This document shows positions 1 through 10,380 of a stretch of DNA of 64,000 nucleotides, piece after piece. A program made the translations under genes and the position numbers. Each line of letters begins with the position of its first letter. Positions within the stretch are counted from its first letter, which is position 1. The notes beneath the pieces are model-generated. The model ran no database searches. It was not told the origin of the DNA and saw nothing but the letters and a program-made list of their open reading frames with translations. The stretch spans positions 389,015 to 453,014 of the forward strand of contig CAVSKY010000006.1 of the NCBI GenBank assembly GCA_963728745.1, given 5' to 3'. The DNA comes from an uncultured Chloroflexia bacterium (lineage in GTDB: Bacteria > Chloroflexota > Limnocylindria > Limnocylindrales > CSP1-4).

Positions 1-476
1 TTGCTGCGACCTTCTGCCACGAGCCTCACCACGTCGTGCTCGCGGGCCGACAGACGGACCCCACCGCCCGACGGTCGGACCGTGAATGCCAGCTCGCCGG
101 CGGCCACGCGCCGGATCGCATGGACCAGGTCGGTCACCGGGGCGGTCTTGAGGACGAACCCGGCGGCCCCGAGCCGCAACGCCGCTTCCGCGTACTGCGG
201 ATAGTCGTAGGCCGTCAGCACGATGATCGCCGGCCGGCCGGCAGCGGTGCGCTCGGCGTCGAGCGCGTGCAGGCCGCTCTCGGTCCCCAGTCGGATATCG
301 AGGAGCAGCACGTCGGTGGCGCCGGGGTCGAACAGGCCCGCGGCGTCGGCCGCCGCGACGGACGGCGCCACCCCGACGATGTCGAGATCAGGCTCCGCGC
401 GGAGGATCGCCGCGGTCCCGTCCGCGACGACCGGATGATCGTCGACGATCGCGACCCGGATCAGGTCGCGCGCCAC
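1..476 (-). CDS. NarL/LuxR-family response regulator (partial; C-terminal HTH runs off the window edge)
   Basis: The reverse-complement translation begins VARDLIRVAIVDDHPVVADG...DLDIVG, a receiver domain. The window's first bases encode LSAREHDVVRLVAEGRSN, a LuxR-type HTH. It sits downstream of, and overlaps by about 16 nt, a HisKA_3 kinase. The start is taken as GTG at 476. Confidence 0.75.
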   Translation of the reverse strand, partial: MARDLIRVAIVDDHPVVADGTAAILRAEPDLDIVGVAPSVAAADAAGLFDPGATDVLLLDIRLGTESGLHALDAERTAAGRPAIIVLTAYDYPQYAEAALRLGAAGFVLKTAPVTDLVHAIRRVAAGELAFTVRPSGGGVRLSAREHDVVRLVAEGRS

Positions 477-2206
477 TCGAGCGCGACGTGCGTGCCACCC
501 GCCGGCCAGCGCTGCACGTCGAGGATCGCCCCGATGGCCTCCGCCCGCTGCTGCATGTTGAGGAGACCGAAGTGGCCGGCCCGGTCGGCGCCCTCGCCGG
601 CGTCAGGCTCGATGCCCGGCCCGGCGTCATCGATCGACAAGCTGGCGCCATTGGCGGTCGTCGCATAGCGGACGACGATCGGCGGCTGGCCGTGGCGGAC
701 GGCATTGGACAGCGCCTCCTGGGCGACCCGGAAGAACGCCAGCTCGACATCCGCCGGGGGCCGCGTCACGTCCGAGCGCTCCAGGCGGACCTCGCCGCCG
801 GCCAGCCGCTCGATCCGCAGGACGAGCCAGTCGAGCGCCGGCCCGACCCCCAGATCGTCGAGGATCGGCAGCCGCAGGTCGCCGCAGATCGCCCGCAGGC
901 GGTCGGACACGGTCCTCGCCATGTCGGCCCCTTCGGTGTCGCCGGCCGCATCGAGTCGATGGACGAGCAGTGTCAGCTCCTGGAGGGCGTCGTCGTGGAT
1001 GTCGGCAGCGACGCGCGCCCGTTCCGCCTCCGTTGCCGCGACCACCAGGTCCCGCTGGAGCGTGGCGCGTGTGGCGATGCGGGCGAGCGGACGGATCGTG
1101 AACCGGCCGGCGAGCAGGATGAGCGCGAACCAAACCCAGATCGGTTGGAGGTACGCCCCGGCCCATGGGTCAGAAGCGAGAGCGACCGCGGGGGTGGCGC
1201 CGATGACCGCGTATTCGGCGGACTCGAGGAGACGCCGACTCGCAGGCGCCGCTGACGCGCCCTCGGTGGCTCGCCGATCGATCGGTCCGGCGGCGGCCAG
1301 CCCGGGGAGCAGCGGGATCGCGGCGACGATCGCCCACCTGCCGATGCCTTCGTCATACCCAGGGCCGTTGAATGCAGCGAGGACGAACAGCGCGCTCGCT
1401 GCGATGACGCAACCCGCAGTCCCGAAGGCCACCAGCCGTCGATCTTGCGGCTCGCCGATCCGCTCGAGGAGCGCGAGTGCGAGCGGGGTCATCGAAACCA
1501 CGATGAGCAGACCGCCCAGCACCGCCAGTGGCGGTGAATAGGTCGCCAGGATCGGCCGAGCGAGGAATGGTCCCGCAGTTGCGAGCGCCAAGGGACCCGC
1601 GAGGCCCCGGACGCTTTCGCCGGCACGGCCGCTGGCTAGCCACCACGCGACGAGTACCAGCAGGACGACGCCCATCGCGAAGGACGGCGTTGTCAGCCGG
1701 ATGCCGTCCATCCCGTCGTCGTAGAGGCTGATCTCGCCGATGGGCTCTTCGAAAGGACCAGGTTGCTCGAGGTCCCAGGACTGGACGGCCGATATCTGCA
1801 TCACCGGGCGCGAGAGGAGGTCCATGATCACTACCGGGTCGATCGGGACCGGGGTCGGTCTCTCGGGCTGGATGGTCGGCCGGTACTCGGGCATCTCGCC
1901 GGTCCGCGGATCGGGCGTGGGCATTGCCGGATCGGGCTCGACGTAATGCGGCATGTCGATCAGGGTCACGTACTGGAGTTGCGTCACGACCATGCCGGAC
2001 TGGAGGCCGTACTGTGCGGCGATGCTCCCGGGCAGCACATCGAGGACGACGACTCGGTCGCCGGTCCACGACAGGCGCACCCCGCTTTCGAACCGACCGA
2101 GCAGCAGGGTCGCCCAGCCGGCGGCGATGATCACTGCGGCGAGAACGAGTGTCAGGCGCCTGCGGACCTGGTCGTCGAGGCGGAGGTGCATCGATCCGAC
2201 ATCCAT
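461..2206 (-). CDS. Sensor histidine kinase (HisKA_3 + HATPase_c) with N-terminal TM, extracytoplasmic PDZ-like domain and a multi-TM block
   Basis: 581-aa ORF. The HDDALQELTLL dimerisation/phosphoacceptor box is typical of NarL-partner kinases. The C-terminal block VRYATTANGASLSIDDAGPGI is an ATPase G-box. VVVLDVLPGSIAAQYGLQSGMVV resembles a PDZ domain. Several hydrophobic helices are present. Confidence 0.75.
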   Translation of the reverse strand: MDVGSMHLRLDDQVRRRLTLVLAAVIIAAGWATLLLGRFESGVRLSWTGDRVVVLDVLPGSIAAQYGLQSGMVVTQLQYVTLIDMPHYVEPDPAMPTPDPRTGEMPEYRPTIQPERPTPVPIDPVVIMDLLSRPVMQISAVQSWDLEQPGPFEEPIGEISLYDDGMDGIRLTTPSFAMGVVLLVLVAWWLASGRAGESVRGLAGPLALATAGPFLARPILATYSPPLAVLGGLLIVVSMTPLALALLERIGEPQDRRLVAFGTAGCVIAASALFVLAAFNGPGYDEGIGRWAIVAAIPLLPGLAAAGPIDRRATEGASAAPASRRLLESAEYAVIGATPAVALASDPWAGAYLQPIWVWFALILLAGRFTIRPLARIATRATLQRDLVVAATEAERARVAADIHDDALQELTLLVHRLDAAGDTEGADMARTVSDRLRAICGDLRLPILDDLGVGPALDWLVLRIERLAGGEVRLERSDVTRPPADVELAFFRVAQEALSNAVRHGQPPIVVRYATTANGASLSIDDAGPGIEPDAGEGADRAGHFGLLNMQQRAEAIGAILDVQRWPAGGTHVALEWRAT

Positions 2207-2424
2207 CGATCCGACACTAACAGGGGGTCGATGCCCCGAGGGTCAGGGATTTCCCGGAACGTCCGGACGGGATGCGACGGCTTGGCCGCAGGTCATCCGT
2301 CGTTGACGCTGCTGCGTATCGACGGGTGAAACGCGATTGCTTCCTTGCGCCGACGCGTCGTCTGGGGGACGTCCGTCGGCGCATCTGTTCCTGTAGCGAT
2401 CGCCTGGGCTCGGTCGCTTCCCCG

Positions 2425-3681
2425 TCAGGCGACCGCGGGCTGTGACGCGGCACCGCGGCGTGCCGCGATCACGACCGCGCCGACCACGAACACCGCGGCG
2501 CCGAGCAGGAAGGGTGCCGGCAGACCCCCAACGCCCACCACGACCGCGCCGAACGCTGGACCGATGATGCCCGCCGCGTACAGCGGCAGGTAGACCAGGT
2601 TCAGCGTCGCGGATCGGCGCTCGGCCGCGACCTCGGTCGCGAGCATGCCGAATACCATCGCGCTGACGGTCGATGTGGTGGTGGCCAGGACCACGGCCAG
2701 GCCAGCCAGGGCGGCGACGCTCGGCACGAACGGCATGAGCCCGAGGACCACACCACCGCCGGCGAGCGCCGCCACGAGCACGGGCCGGAAGCCGATCTGG
2801 TCGCCGAGCCAGCCACCGAACGGGGCGATGACGCCGCCGACCAGGGCTGCGGTGCCCATCACCAGCGCGATCGCCGACGCGAGCCCTGGCCCCGTCCCGG
2901 CGAGCCCTTCGACCACGACGGGCAGGTACGGGCGACTCATCTGGTTGGCCAGGAACGAGACGCCGAAGATCAGGAAGATCCGGCGGACGGTCGGGTCGGT
3001 CAGGACGCCGCGCATCGCGCCGAACGCGAGCGCCACGATCCGACCCTGCGGGATCACCGAGGGCCGGACCTCGCGTGACCCGAAGGTAACGAGCAACGCA
3101 GTCGCGACCGACAGCGCCGCCGACAGCCAGAAGACGCCGGCGAGCGACCAGCCGAAGCCATCGATGAGGAGCCCGGCCAGCGCCGGCCCGAGGGCCATGC
3201 CGACGGCGGTCGAGGCACCGAAGATCCCCATCACCGTCCCGAGCCGAGCTCGTGGCGTGACGTCACGGATGCCGGCCAACATCACACCCGTGTTCCCGAG
3301 CTGGAAGCCGATCAGCAGCATGCTCGCCGCGAGCTGCCACGGCTCGCGCGACAGGGCGACACCGGCGAACACGACCGCCTCGACCACCGCGCTCCGGACG
3401 ATCACTGCCTTGCGGCTGTATTTGTCGGCCCACACGCCCCACAGCGGCACGAGCGGCATGCCGACCACGAAGATGAGCGCGGTGAACAACCCGACGAATG
3501 CGAGCCGGTCTTCCTGGGCCACGCCCATCTCGCGCAGGTAGCTCGGGACGAGGGCGAAGATCTGGCTGACGCCGAGACCTTCGACCATCGAGGTGAGCCA
3601 GAAGACGACGAGGAGCGCGCGCCAGTCCTGACCGGGCCGGGTTCCCGCCGCGGTCGAGGTGGTTGGAGGGGTCTGGGTCAC
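2425..3681 (-). CDS. MFS transporter
   Basis: 418 aa with about 12 hydrophobic helices and MFS-like loop motifs (GWLGDQIGFRP, RPYLP). Confidence 0.8.
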   Translation of the reverse strand: MTQTPPTTSTAAGTRPGQDWRALLVVFWLTSMVEGLGVSQIFALVPSYLREMGVAQEDRLAFVGLFTALIFVVGMPLVPLWGVWADKYSRKAVIVRSAVVEAVVFAGVALSREPWQLAASMLLIGFQLGNTGVMLAGIRDVTPRARLGTVMGIFGASTAVGMALGPALAGLLIDGFGWSLAGVFWLSAALSVATALLVTFGSREVRPSVIPQGRIVALAFGAMRGVLTDPTVRRIFLIFGVSFLANQMSRPYLPVVVEGLAGTGPGLASAIALVMGTAALVGGVIAPFGGWLGDQIGFRPVLVAALAGGGVVLGLMPFVPSVAALAGLAVVLATTTSTVSAMVFGMLATEVAAERRSATLNLVYLPLYAAGIIGPAFGAVVVGVGGLPAPFLLGAAVFVVGAVVIAARRGAASQPAVA

Positions 3682-4294
3682 CGGCCGCAGCGTACCGGAG
3701 GCACGGGCACGGTTCCCGGTCTGGTCAGGGGGTGTGCTTCACAGGCGGCAGATGATCGCCGAAGCGCGTCTCGAGATGCCGTCCGGCAGCGAAGCGTGCC
3801 TGCCAGCCACACGATCGGGTCGAGGAAGGACGGGCTGGCGGCTTCGACCTGCTCGTGCAGTCCAGCAAGCACACCGCACGAGGCACCCGGCGAACGTGGC
3901 GGCGCACAGCATGGCGCCGCGCACGAAAGCGCCCGAAGGAACTGGTGGGAGGACCGGCCAGTCGTCTCGCAACGGCTCCGAACAAGTCCGGAGTCCTTGC
4001 GCTCCGCCCGGGACCCTCGCTCGGTGGCCTTGCGGCCATCGAACCCGGTTCCCGGGACCGTCCCGAGGATCGCTCCCCGGTGCGGTCTGGCGGTTCGCAC
4101 CTGCCCCTTCGGGCAAGACGAAATGTACTTTCCACGGGTCGGCCGCCACAACCGCCTTATCCACGAACTTGGCCCAAATCACCTGGGCGTTATCCCCGAC
4201 TTTCCTGGCGATGTGGACGGAATGTGGACGGGCCCACCTGCAACATCCGCGCAAGGTCTGCGGGGCGTAGATTCAATCGACTGGAGGTGGGTGG

Positions 4295-5167
4295 ATGGCA
4301 CGACTGCTGGCGAGCCTCGTCGCGATGAACGACGGGTGGGCGCGGCCATTCGGGGAGTTCAACAGACGCTGGGCCGCTGCCCTGTTCCGGCCGATGAAGC
4401 CGATCCGGGACCTGCTCAACGGGCGCTGGCTCGGTCATCCGCTCCACGCCGCGGTGACCGACGTCCCGATCGGCCTGCTCGTGGGCGTCGTCATCCTCGA
4501 TGTGCTCGGACAGCCTGCCGCGGCGGATATCGCGCTGGTCGGGACGATCATCTTCATGGCGGCCTCGGCCGTTGTCGGGCTCGCGGACTACAGCGAGACC
4601 GATGGGCGCGCACTCACGCGCGCGACCCTGCACGCCTCGCTGATGACGGTCGGGCTCCTGGTGCTCATCGTCTCGGCACTGCTGCGTTCCGGCGCGCCGG
4701 TCGACCGTACGGCGCCGATCGTGCTCTCGATCGTCGGGCTCTTGATCGTGAGCGCCGGCGCGTTCGTCGGCGGCGACGTGGCCTACGTCTTCGGCAACAT
4801 GGTCAGCCGCCACGCCTTCCGCGGCCCGGGAACGAAATGGGTTCGCCTCGACACCGGTGACGTCACCGACCTCGGGACGCTCGCCGAGGCCACGCCGACG
4901 AAGATGAAGGCCGGCAGCAACGACCTCGTGGTCGTCCGGATCGGCGAAACCGTCCACGCCATGCACAGCGTCTGCGCCCATGCAGGCGGGCCACTGAATG
5001 AGGGCCGGGTCGTCGATGGCTGCATCGAGTGCCCATGGCACTTCTCGCGGTACCGGTTGACCGACGGCCTCGCGAAGCAGGGGCCCACGGTGTACGACCA
5101 GCCGAGCTACGAGGTCCGCGCTGCCGAGGGCGGCGGCTACGAGGTTCGCCGAAGCGGAGCGGCCTGA
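4295..5167 (+). CDS. DUF2231-like membrane domain fused to a Rieske [2Fe-2S] domain
   Basis: RBS GGAGGTGGG precedes the ATG at 4295. The N-terminal half has four TM helices. The C-terminal half carries CAHAGGPL...CIECPWHFS, the Rieske CXH...CXXH signature. Confidence 0.75.
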   Translation: MARLLASLVAMNDGWARPFGEFNRRWAAALFRPMKPIRDLLNGRWLGHPLHAAVTDVPIGLLVGVVILDVLGQPAAADIALVGTIIFMAASAVVGLADYSETDGRALTRATLHASLMTVGLLVLIVSALLRSGAPVDRTAPIVLSIVGLLIVSAGAFVGGDVAYVFGNMVSRHAFRGPGTKWVRLDTGDVTDLGTLAEATPTKMKAGSNDLVVVRIGETVHAMHSVCAHAGGPLNEGRVVDGCIECPWHFSRYRLTDGLAKQGPTVYDQPSYEVRAAEGGGYEVRRSGAA

Positions 5168-5206
5168 CCCCCGCAACACCACCGCCGGGGCGGCATCATC
5201 GACTCG

Positions 5207-5749
5207 ATGCCGATCGTCACCATCCCGGATCCGTCACTCGTGCTCTTCGTCGGGGCAGCGGGCTCAGGCAAGTCGACCCTCGCCGCTCGTCTCTTTGCGC
5301 CGGACGAGATCGTGTCGTCCGACGCACTCCGCGCCGTCGTGTCCGGCGACGAGGCCGATCAGACCGTGTCGGGGGTGGCGTTCAAGATCCTCCATCGCAC
5401 CGTCGACCGGCGCTTGGGCGAGGGTCGCTTGACTGTCGTCGACGCCACGAACGCCGCGTCGACCGTCCGGCGTCCGCTGCTCCAGCGGGCGCGTCTCCAC
5501 GGCGTGCCGTCGGTGGCGATCGTGCTCGACCTCGGCCCTCGCGTCGTCCATGCCCGGAACGCGACAAGATCCCGAGTCGTCGATCCTGATGTCATCGATC
5601 GCCATCTGGCCGCGATCCGTCAGACCGTCGATGGCGGTGCCCTGTCGGGCGAGGGCATCGACCAGATCGTGATCCTGCGGGACCCGCTCGAGGCCGCCGC
5701 GCTCGTGATCGAACGCCGACCGCTCGGGCCCGCTTCGACACCCGGCTAG
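5207..5749 (+). CDS. P-loop kinase-like ATPase (AAA_33 / polynucleotide-kinase/zeta-like fold)
   Basis: Walker A GAAGSGKST sits near the N-terminus. The 180-aa size and overall pattern match small P-loop kinases. Confidence 0.6.
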   Translation: MPIVTIPDPSLVLFVGAAGSGKSTLAARLFAPDEIVSSDALRAVVSGDEADQTVSGVAFKILHRTVDRRLGEGRLTVVDATNAASTVRRPLLQRARLHGVPSVAIVLDLGPRVVHARNATRSRVVDPDVIDRHLAAIRQTVDGGALSGEGIDQIVILRDPLEAAALVIERRPLGPASTPG

Positions 5750-6573
5750 GCGCTGCCGAAACCGATCAGCGCGATGGCTGTCACCGCCAGGACGATCCCG
5801 ACGACATGATCACGGGCGACACGCTCACGGAGCACCACCGCCGCGAGGATGACCGTCGCGACCGGGTACATCGCGGAGAGGACCGACGCGATCGCCAGCT
5901 GACCGGTCTGCACGGCCCCGAGATAGAACGCGTTCCCGGCTGTATCCAGGATCCCGATGATGACGAGTGGGAGTAGCCACGATCGACCGGGTCGCCACGA
6001 CGCGCGCGTCACGAGCACCGCCGCGACGACCAGGATCCCCTGCACGAGACGGATGACGGCAAGGTCGGCGATCACGTCGCCCTCGCTCAGGTACGCGATC
6101 GCGACCCCGAACAGACCGATCGCCGTCCCGCCGGCCAATGCCTCGGGGAGACCCGCGCGGCCACCCGTGTCATCGGCCACGCGCGAGACCAGCACCACGG
6201 CCACGACCGCCACCACGATCCCGAGGATGACGAGCGGGGGCGGGACACCCTCGATCAGGAACCCGGCGACGACCGGGATGACCGCCGCGAGCACACCGGT
6301 CACGGGCGCGACGATGCCCATCCGACCGATCGCCAGGCCGCGGTACAGCATCGTGATCCCGAACGCGCCGAGTGCGCCGCCGATCGCACAGATCAGCAGG
6401 TCGACACCGGTCGGCAGTGTCTGATCCACCGCCATCGCCAGCGCGAACGAGCCCACGAAGCCGGTCACCTGCGAGACGAGCACCACCCCGAAGACCGGCA
6501 CGCGACGGCTCGCCACGCCACCCCCGAAGTCCCCGCCGCCCCAGGCGACAGCCGCGGCAAGACCGAGGATCAC
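5746..6573 (-). CDS. EamA/DMT-family transporter
   Basis: 275 aa, 10 TM helices in two halves, glycine-rich and typical of the drug/metabolite exporter family. Confidence 0.75.
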   Translation of the reverse strand: MILGLAAAVAWGGGDFGGGVASRRVPVFGVVLVSQVTGFVGSFALAMAVDQTLPTGVDLLICAIGGALGAFGITMLYRGLAIGRMGIVAPVTGVLAAVIPVVAGFLIEGVPPPLVILGIVVAVVAVVLVSRVADDTGGRAGLPEALAGGTAIGLFGVAIAYLSEGDVIADLAVIRLVQGILVVAAVLVTRASWRPGRSWLLPLVIIGILDTAGNAFYLGAVQTGQLAIASVLSAMYPVATVILAAVVLRERVARDHVVGIVLAVTAIALIGFGSA

Positions 6574-6602
6574 CGTGAGGGTGCCAGCCGGGAGCCCGTC
6601 GA

Positions 6603-8813
6603 TCAGGCCCTGGCTCCGCTCGCGCTCTCGACCGGACTGAGGGACGGGTCATCGACGCCGTCGTCGATGGTCGCCGGACCGGGCAGCTCCACGACGGCAT
6701 GCGCTGCGCCGTCGTAGCGATCCGACGTCGTGAGATAGATGATCTGGAAGTCGTCCGCGACGCGCTTCAGTAGCGCCAGCGCGCGCGTGGCCCGCTCGTC
6801 GTCGAGCGTCACGAACGGGTCGTCCAGCACCAGGGGTGGACGGCGGTCGCCGGTCACGAGGCGCACGAGCCCGAGCCGCGCGGTCAGGTACACGAGGTCG
6901 AGCGTGCCCTGGCTGAGGGTGCCGACCGGGACCCAGTCGCCGCGTTCGGGGGCGTGGACGTCGATGTCCAGCGACTTGTCATCCACGCGTACGCGCCGGT
7001 AGCGGCCGCCAGTCACCGTCGATACGTCGCGGACCATGTGGCCCTCGAGGTAGCGGGTGGCCGTCTTCATCGTCGTCGTCTCCGCCCGCTCGATCGCGCG
7101 CAGGGTGGCCTCGAGGACGCGATGCCGCCGTTGCAGGACGGCGAGCTGCTCCCGCCACATCGCCAGACGCTCGCCCTCTGCCGCGACCTCCTCCGCGTCG
7201 ACCCGATTGTTCTCCACCCGTGCGCGAGCGTTGGCCTCGTCGTCGCGTGCGCGATCCAGTGCCGCCTCGCCGTCGCGCACCTCGACCTCGAGGCGCTCGC
7301 GTGCGCGCGGTTCCTTGGCGATCGGTCCCAGGGCATCGAGCGCGCTGGTCTTCTGCTCGATCTCGAGGGCGGCCCCGTCACGCAGCGACGGGAGTGTCTC
7401 GCGCGGCTCCTTGCCGACCAGGCCGTCCAGCTGGGCGGTCATCTGGTCCATCCGTGCGACATGCGCCTCCTCGCGTGCGAGGAGCTCCTCGGCCGCGGCC
7501 AGGTCGTCGAGCCCGAGCGTGCCGAGCTGCTGCTCCACATCGGTCTCCGCCTGGTGCAGCTCCGCCTCCATCTCCGACCGGCCACGAAGCCGCCGATCGA
7601 TCTCGTCGCCTCGGAGCAGCTCCTGCATGCTCGACGACCGCCGGAGCCACAACGCCACGGCGCTCAGGATCCCGCCGATCAGCGCCACTGCCGCGCCGAC
7701 GTACAGCGGCGGCATGCCCAGGTCGAGGATGCCCAGCGTGTCGGCGACGAAGCTGCCGCCGGCGATCAGCACGCCGACAAGGACGGCGAGCAGCCCCCAG
7801 CGGGACAGCGGCCGCCACGTCGGTTCCGGCGCGACGTCGAAGTTGACATCGACCTCGCCGGCCAAAGCCGCTCGCAGCTCACGGATGCGCGTATCGAGCG
7901 ACCGAAGCCGCTCTACGGCCTGGCGGATGACTGGCAGCGGATTCGGCGATGGATGAGTCTGGGCGAGCTCGTCGAGCTCGGTCGAGACCTCGACGGCCTC
8001 GCGGAACCGCTCGTACCGTTCGCGGGCAGCTGACCGCTCCGCCTCGAGTCGTTCGGCCTGGCGCGCCTTCTCGAGCATCGCGCGGTGTTCGGCGAGGCCG
8101 CGTTCGGCATCCGTCCGGCGCTCGCGCGACCCGGACAGCGTGTCGCGATCACGCTCGAGCTGGGCGAGGTCGAGCTCACCCTTCTCGACCATCCCGACCG
8201 TCTGGGCGACGGCGGCCTCGGCGACCTTGAGCCGGCCCGGGTTCTTGTCGCCCTTGGTCGTGAGCTCGAAGATCGCCCGCTCGAGCTTCTTCTTCGCGCG
8301 ACCGGTGCCACGGTCGGCGCCGCTGATGCTGGCCTGGAGCCGGTCGCGCAGCGCGGCCTCGTCGCGCGCGACATCGCTCAGCTCGTGATGGCGGACCGAC
8401 GCCGTGGACCGGAAGAACGCCTCGTTCGGGATGCCCGACAGCTCGGCCAGGACCTGGTCCGCCAGTGCTGGGTCGGTGACGCGCTGTCCGTCGTATACGA
8501 GGTCGACCGTGCCCTTCTGGCCGGCGAACCACTTCTCGAGGGTGCCCGTCGCGACCCGGCCGTCCTCCTCCTCCTGCTCGAACTCGAGGGCGACCCACGG
8601 CCGTGCGTCGGCCGCCGCATCCCATGGTCGGAGCGTCTCGAGGTCCCCGGCGTTGCTCGTGACCCGTCGCGTGAGTGCGAGCTCGATCGCGCGCTGGATC
8701 GTGCTCTTGCCGGCTTCGTTGGGACCGCGCACGACGGTGACGCCGGGCGCAAGGTCGATGTCGAGCTCGCGATAGCGGCGCAGGTCCCGCACCTGGAGTC
8801 GACGGATCCTCAC
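6603..8813 (-). CDS. SbcC/Rad50-like SMC-family ATPase with a central transmembrane hairpin (YhaN-like)
   Basis: N-terminal Walker A GPNEAGKST. The long Glu/Arg/Leu-rich stretches are predicted coiled coil. Two hydrophobic helices (WGLLAVLVGVLIAGG..., PPLYVGAAVALIGGILSAVALWL) lie in the middle of the coiled coil. C-terminal Walker B/D-loop LVLDDPFVTLDDERA. There is a 4-nt overlap with the upstream phosphoesterase gene. Confidence 0.7.
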   Translation of the reverse strand: MRIRRLQVRDLRRYRELDIDLAPGVTVVRGPNEAGKSTIQRAIELALTRRVTSNAGDLETLRPWDAAADARPWVALEFEQEEEDGRVATGTLEKWFAGQKGTVDLVYDGQRVTDPALADQVLAELSGIPNEAFFRSTASVRHHELSDVARDEAALRDRLQASISGADRGTGRAKKKLERAIFELTTKGDKNPGRLKVAEAAVAQTVGMVEKGELDLAQLERDRDTLSGSRERRTDAERGLAEHRAMLEKARQAERLEAERSAARERYERFREAVEVSTELDELAQTHPSPNPLPVIRQAVERLRSLDTRIRELRAALAGEVDVNFDVAPEPTWRPLSRWGLLAVLVGVLIAGGSFVADTLGILDLGMPPLYVGAAVALIGGILSAVALWLRRSSSMQELLRGDEIDRRLRGRSEMEAELHQAETDVEQQLGTLGLDDLAAAEELLAREEAHVARMDQMTAQLDGLVGKEPRETLPSLRDGAALEIEQKTSALDALGPIAKEPRARERLEVEVRDGEAALDRARDDEANARARVENNRVDAEEVAAEGERLAMWREQLAVLQRRHRVLEATLRAIERAETTTMKTATRYLEGHMVRDVSTVTGGRYRRVRVDDKSLDIDVHAPERGDWVPVGTLSQGTLDLVYLTARLGLVRLVTGDRRPPLVLDDPFVTLDDERATRALALLKRVADDFQIIYLTTSDRYDGAAHAVVELPGPATIDDGVDDPSLSPVESASGARA

Positions 8814-10000
8814 AGCGAGACCTCGTGGCCGGCCAGCAACAGGCGACCCAGCCGCAGGGCGTCTCGCAGTTCGGCCGCCTCCGCAGCCGCTTCGACGCCG
8901 CCATCTGCGGCAGTCGACGCCTCGAGCTCCGCGATCCGTGCCTCGAGGTCGCGGATGAACGCGCCCGAGACGGTGTCAGGCGAGGGCAGGGTGCCCTCCG
9001 TGAGCGCGGGCGTGCTGAGGTCGCGGACGCGGACCTTGAGGAACCGCGTGGCGAGGGCGGACTCGATCTCGTCGGGATGCAGGTCCAGCTCATCGGGTCG
9101 GACGCCGACGATGCTCGCGTCGAGCACGAGGTCTGGGTCGCCCTTGCGCGCGAGGCTGTCGATGAGCGCCGGTTGCGTCGTGATACCGGCGGCATCGAGC
9201 TCGAGCCGCTCGAAGCGGGTCTTACCGACCTGGCGGTCGGCCACCGTGACGGTCTTGCCGGTCCCTGTCTGCTCCAGCTGGACCAGCAGGACCTTGCCGG
9301 CCCGATCCTGGTTCAGGGCGATGGGTTCCGGCGCACCGGCATAGGCGTACGTGGTGGTGCCGTTCTTGGCCTGCCGGGCGGAGTGCCAGTGGCCGAGCGC
9401 GAGATAGTCGAGCCCGCTGGCGCCGATCTCTTCCGTGGTGATGACGACATCGTCGCGATCGGTCTTGCCCGGGATCGCGACCGATCCGTGCAGCACACCG
9501 ACCTGCCAGGTGGCCGTGCCCCGATGGGCGGGGACATCGACGTCCCGGAGCGGGCTATGCGGCGCTCGCTTGGTGGCGAACACCGGTCCGTGGACGACGA
9601 CGTCGCACGACGGCAGGTGGATACGCGGGCGATCCGGGGTGAGGACCGTCACCCAGTCATCGTCCGGTGCGCTGTCGGCGAGCGCCTTGAGATCGTAGGC
9701 CCGATAGATCGACGATCGATCGTAGACGTCGTGCGTGCCGGGCACGATGACCGTGCGGATGCGGCCCGTCGTTAGCCGCTTGAGCTGCGCGGCGACACGC
9801 TCCACGGAGCGCCGCGGCTGCACGTTGCTGTCGAACAGATCGCCCGCGATCAGGACCAGATCGGCCTTCTCTGCGATGGCCAGGTCGACGGTAGCTGCGA
9901 AGGCCGCGAATTGGCGCTCGCGCTGGGCGCTGGCCTGCTCACCGAGGTCGTCATGGCGCGCGCCAAGATGGACGTCCGCGGTGTGGATGATCCGTAGCAT
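8810..10000 (-). CDS. SbcD/Mre11-like metallophosphoesterase (DNA repair exonuclease family)
   Basis: MLRIIHTADVHLG ... LVLIAGDLFD ... VIVPGTHDVYD are calcineurin-like phosphoesterase motifs I-III. The ORF track extends to 10120, but the conserved N-terminus starts at MLRII (ATG at about 10000). Confidence 0.75.
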   Translation of the reverse strand: MLRIIHTADVHLGARHDDLGEQASAQRERQFAAFAATVDLAIAEKADLVLIAGDLFDSNVQPRRSVERVAAQLKRLTTGRIRTVIVPGTHDVYDRSSIYRAYDLKALADSAPDDDWVTVLTPDRPRIHLPSCDVVVHGPVFATKRAPHSPLRDVDVPAHRGTATWQVGVLHGSVAIPGKTDRDDVVITTEEIGASGLDYLALGHWHSARQAKNGTTTYAYAGAPEPIALNQDRAGKVLLVQLEQTGTGKTVTVADRQVGKTRFERLELDAAGITTQPALIDSLARKGDPDLVLDASIVGVRPDELDLHPDEIESALATRFLKVRVRDLSTPALTEGTLPSPDTVSGAFIRDLEARIAELEASTAADGGVEAAAEAAELRDALRLGRLLLAGHEVSL

Positions 10001-10380
10001 CCGCTCGGGTCTGGCCTCCCAGTGATGACGGTCGGGCGATCCGGCTACCCCTGGGTGGTATGGCGCGAGCGAGGCGCCCCCATGACTCCCCGCTCGCCAG
10101 CCCGGATCCTCGCGCGCCATTGTGACAGGTACGTTGTCACGGTTGCCAGCCCACGACCGGGGGCAGCGCGACCTCCCGGGACGCCCGCGATGTCCGTTTC
10201 CTGGAGCCGTTGTATCCTGCGCCGCACGAATTGACCGGTGCGCCCGCAGACAGGGACTCCAACATCGGCACCTGGGTCGCTGGGCCCGGCTTCGCTCGCC
10301 AGACCCTCGCCTTCCCGACCGCCGATGTGGTCGCCCTCCGCTGGCGCACCCCGCCGACCATCGCGCCCCGGAGGAGCATC

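Noticed and set aside
36-668. 210-aa plus-strand ORF at the left edge
   Set aside because: It is antisense to the clear NarL-type receiver/HTH and the kinase C-terminus.
10122-10140. GTGACA-N7-TGTCAC palindrome in the SbcD-like / zinc-ribbon divergent region, considered as a LexA/SOS box
   Set aside because: A 6-bp inverted repeat is expected many times by chance in 64 kb. It does not match the actinobacterial TCGAAC-N4-GTTCGA or GAAC-N4-GTTC SOS consensus.
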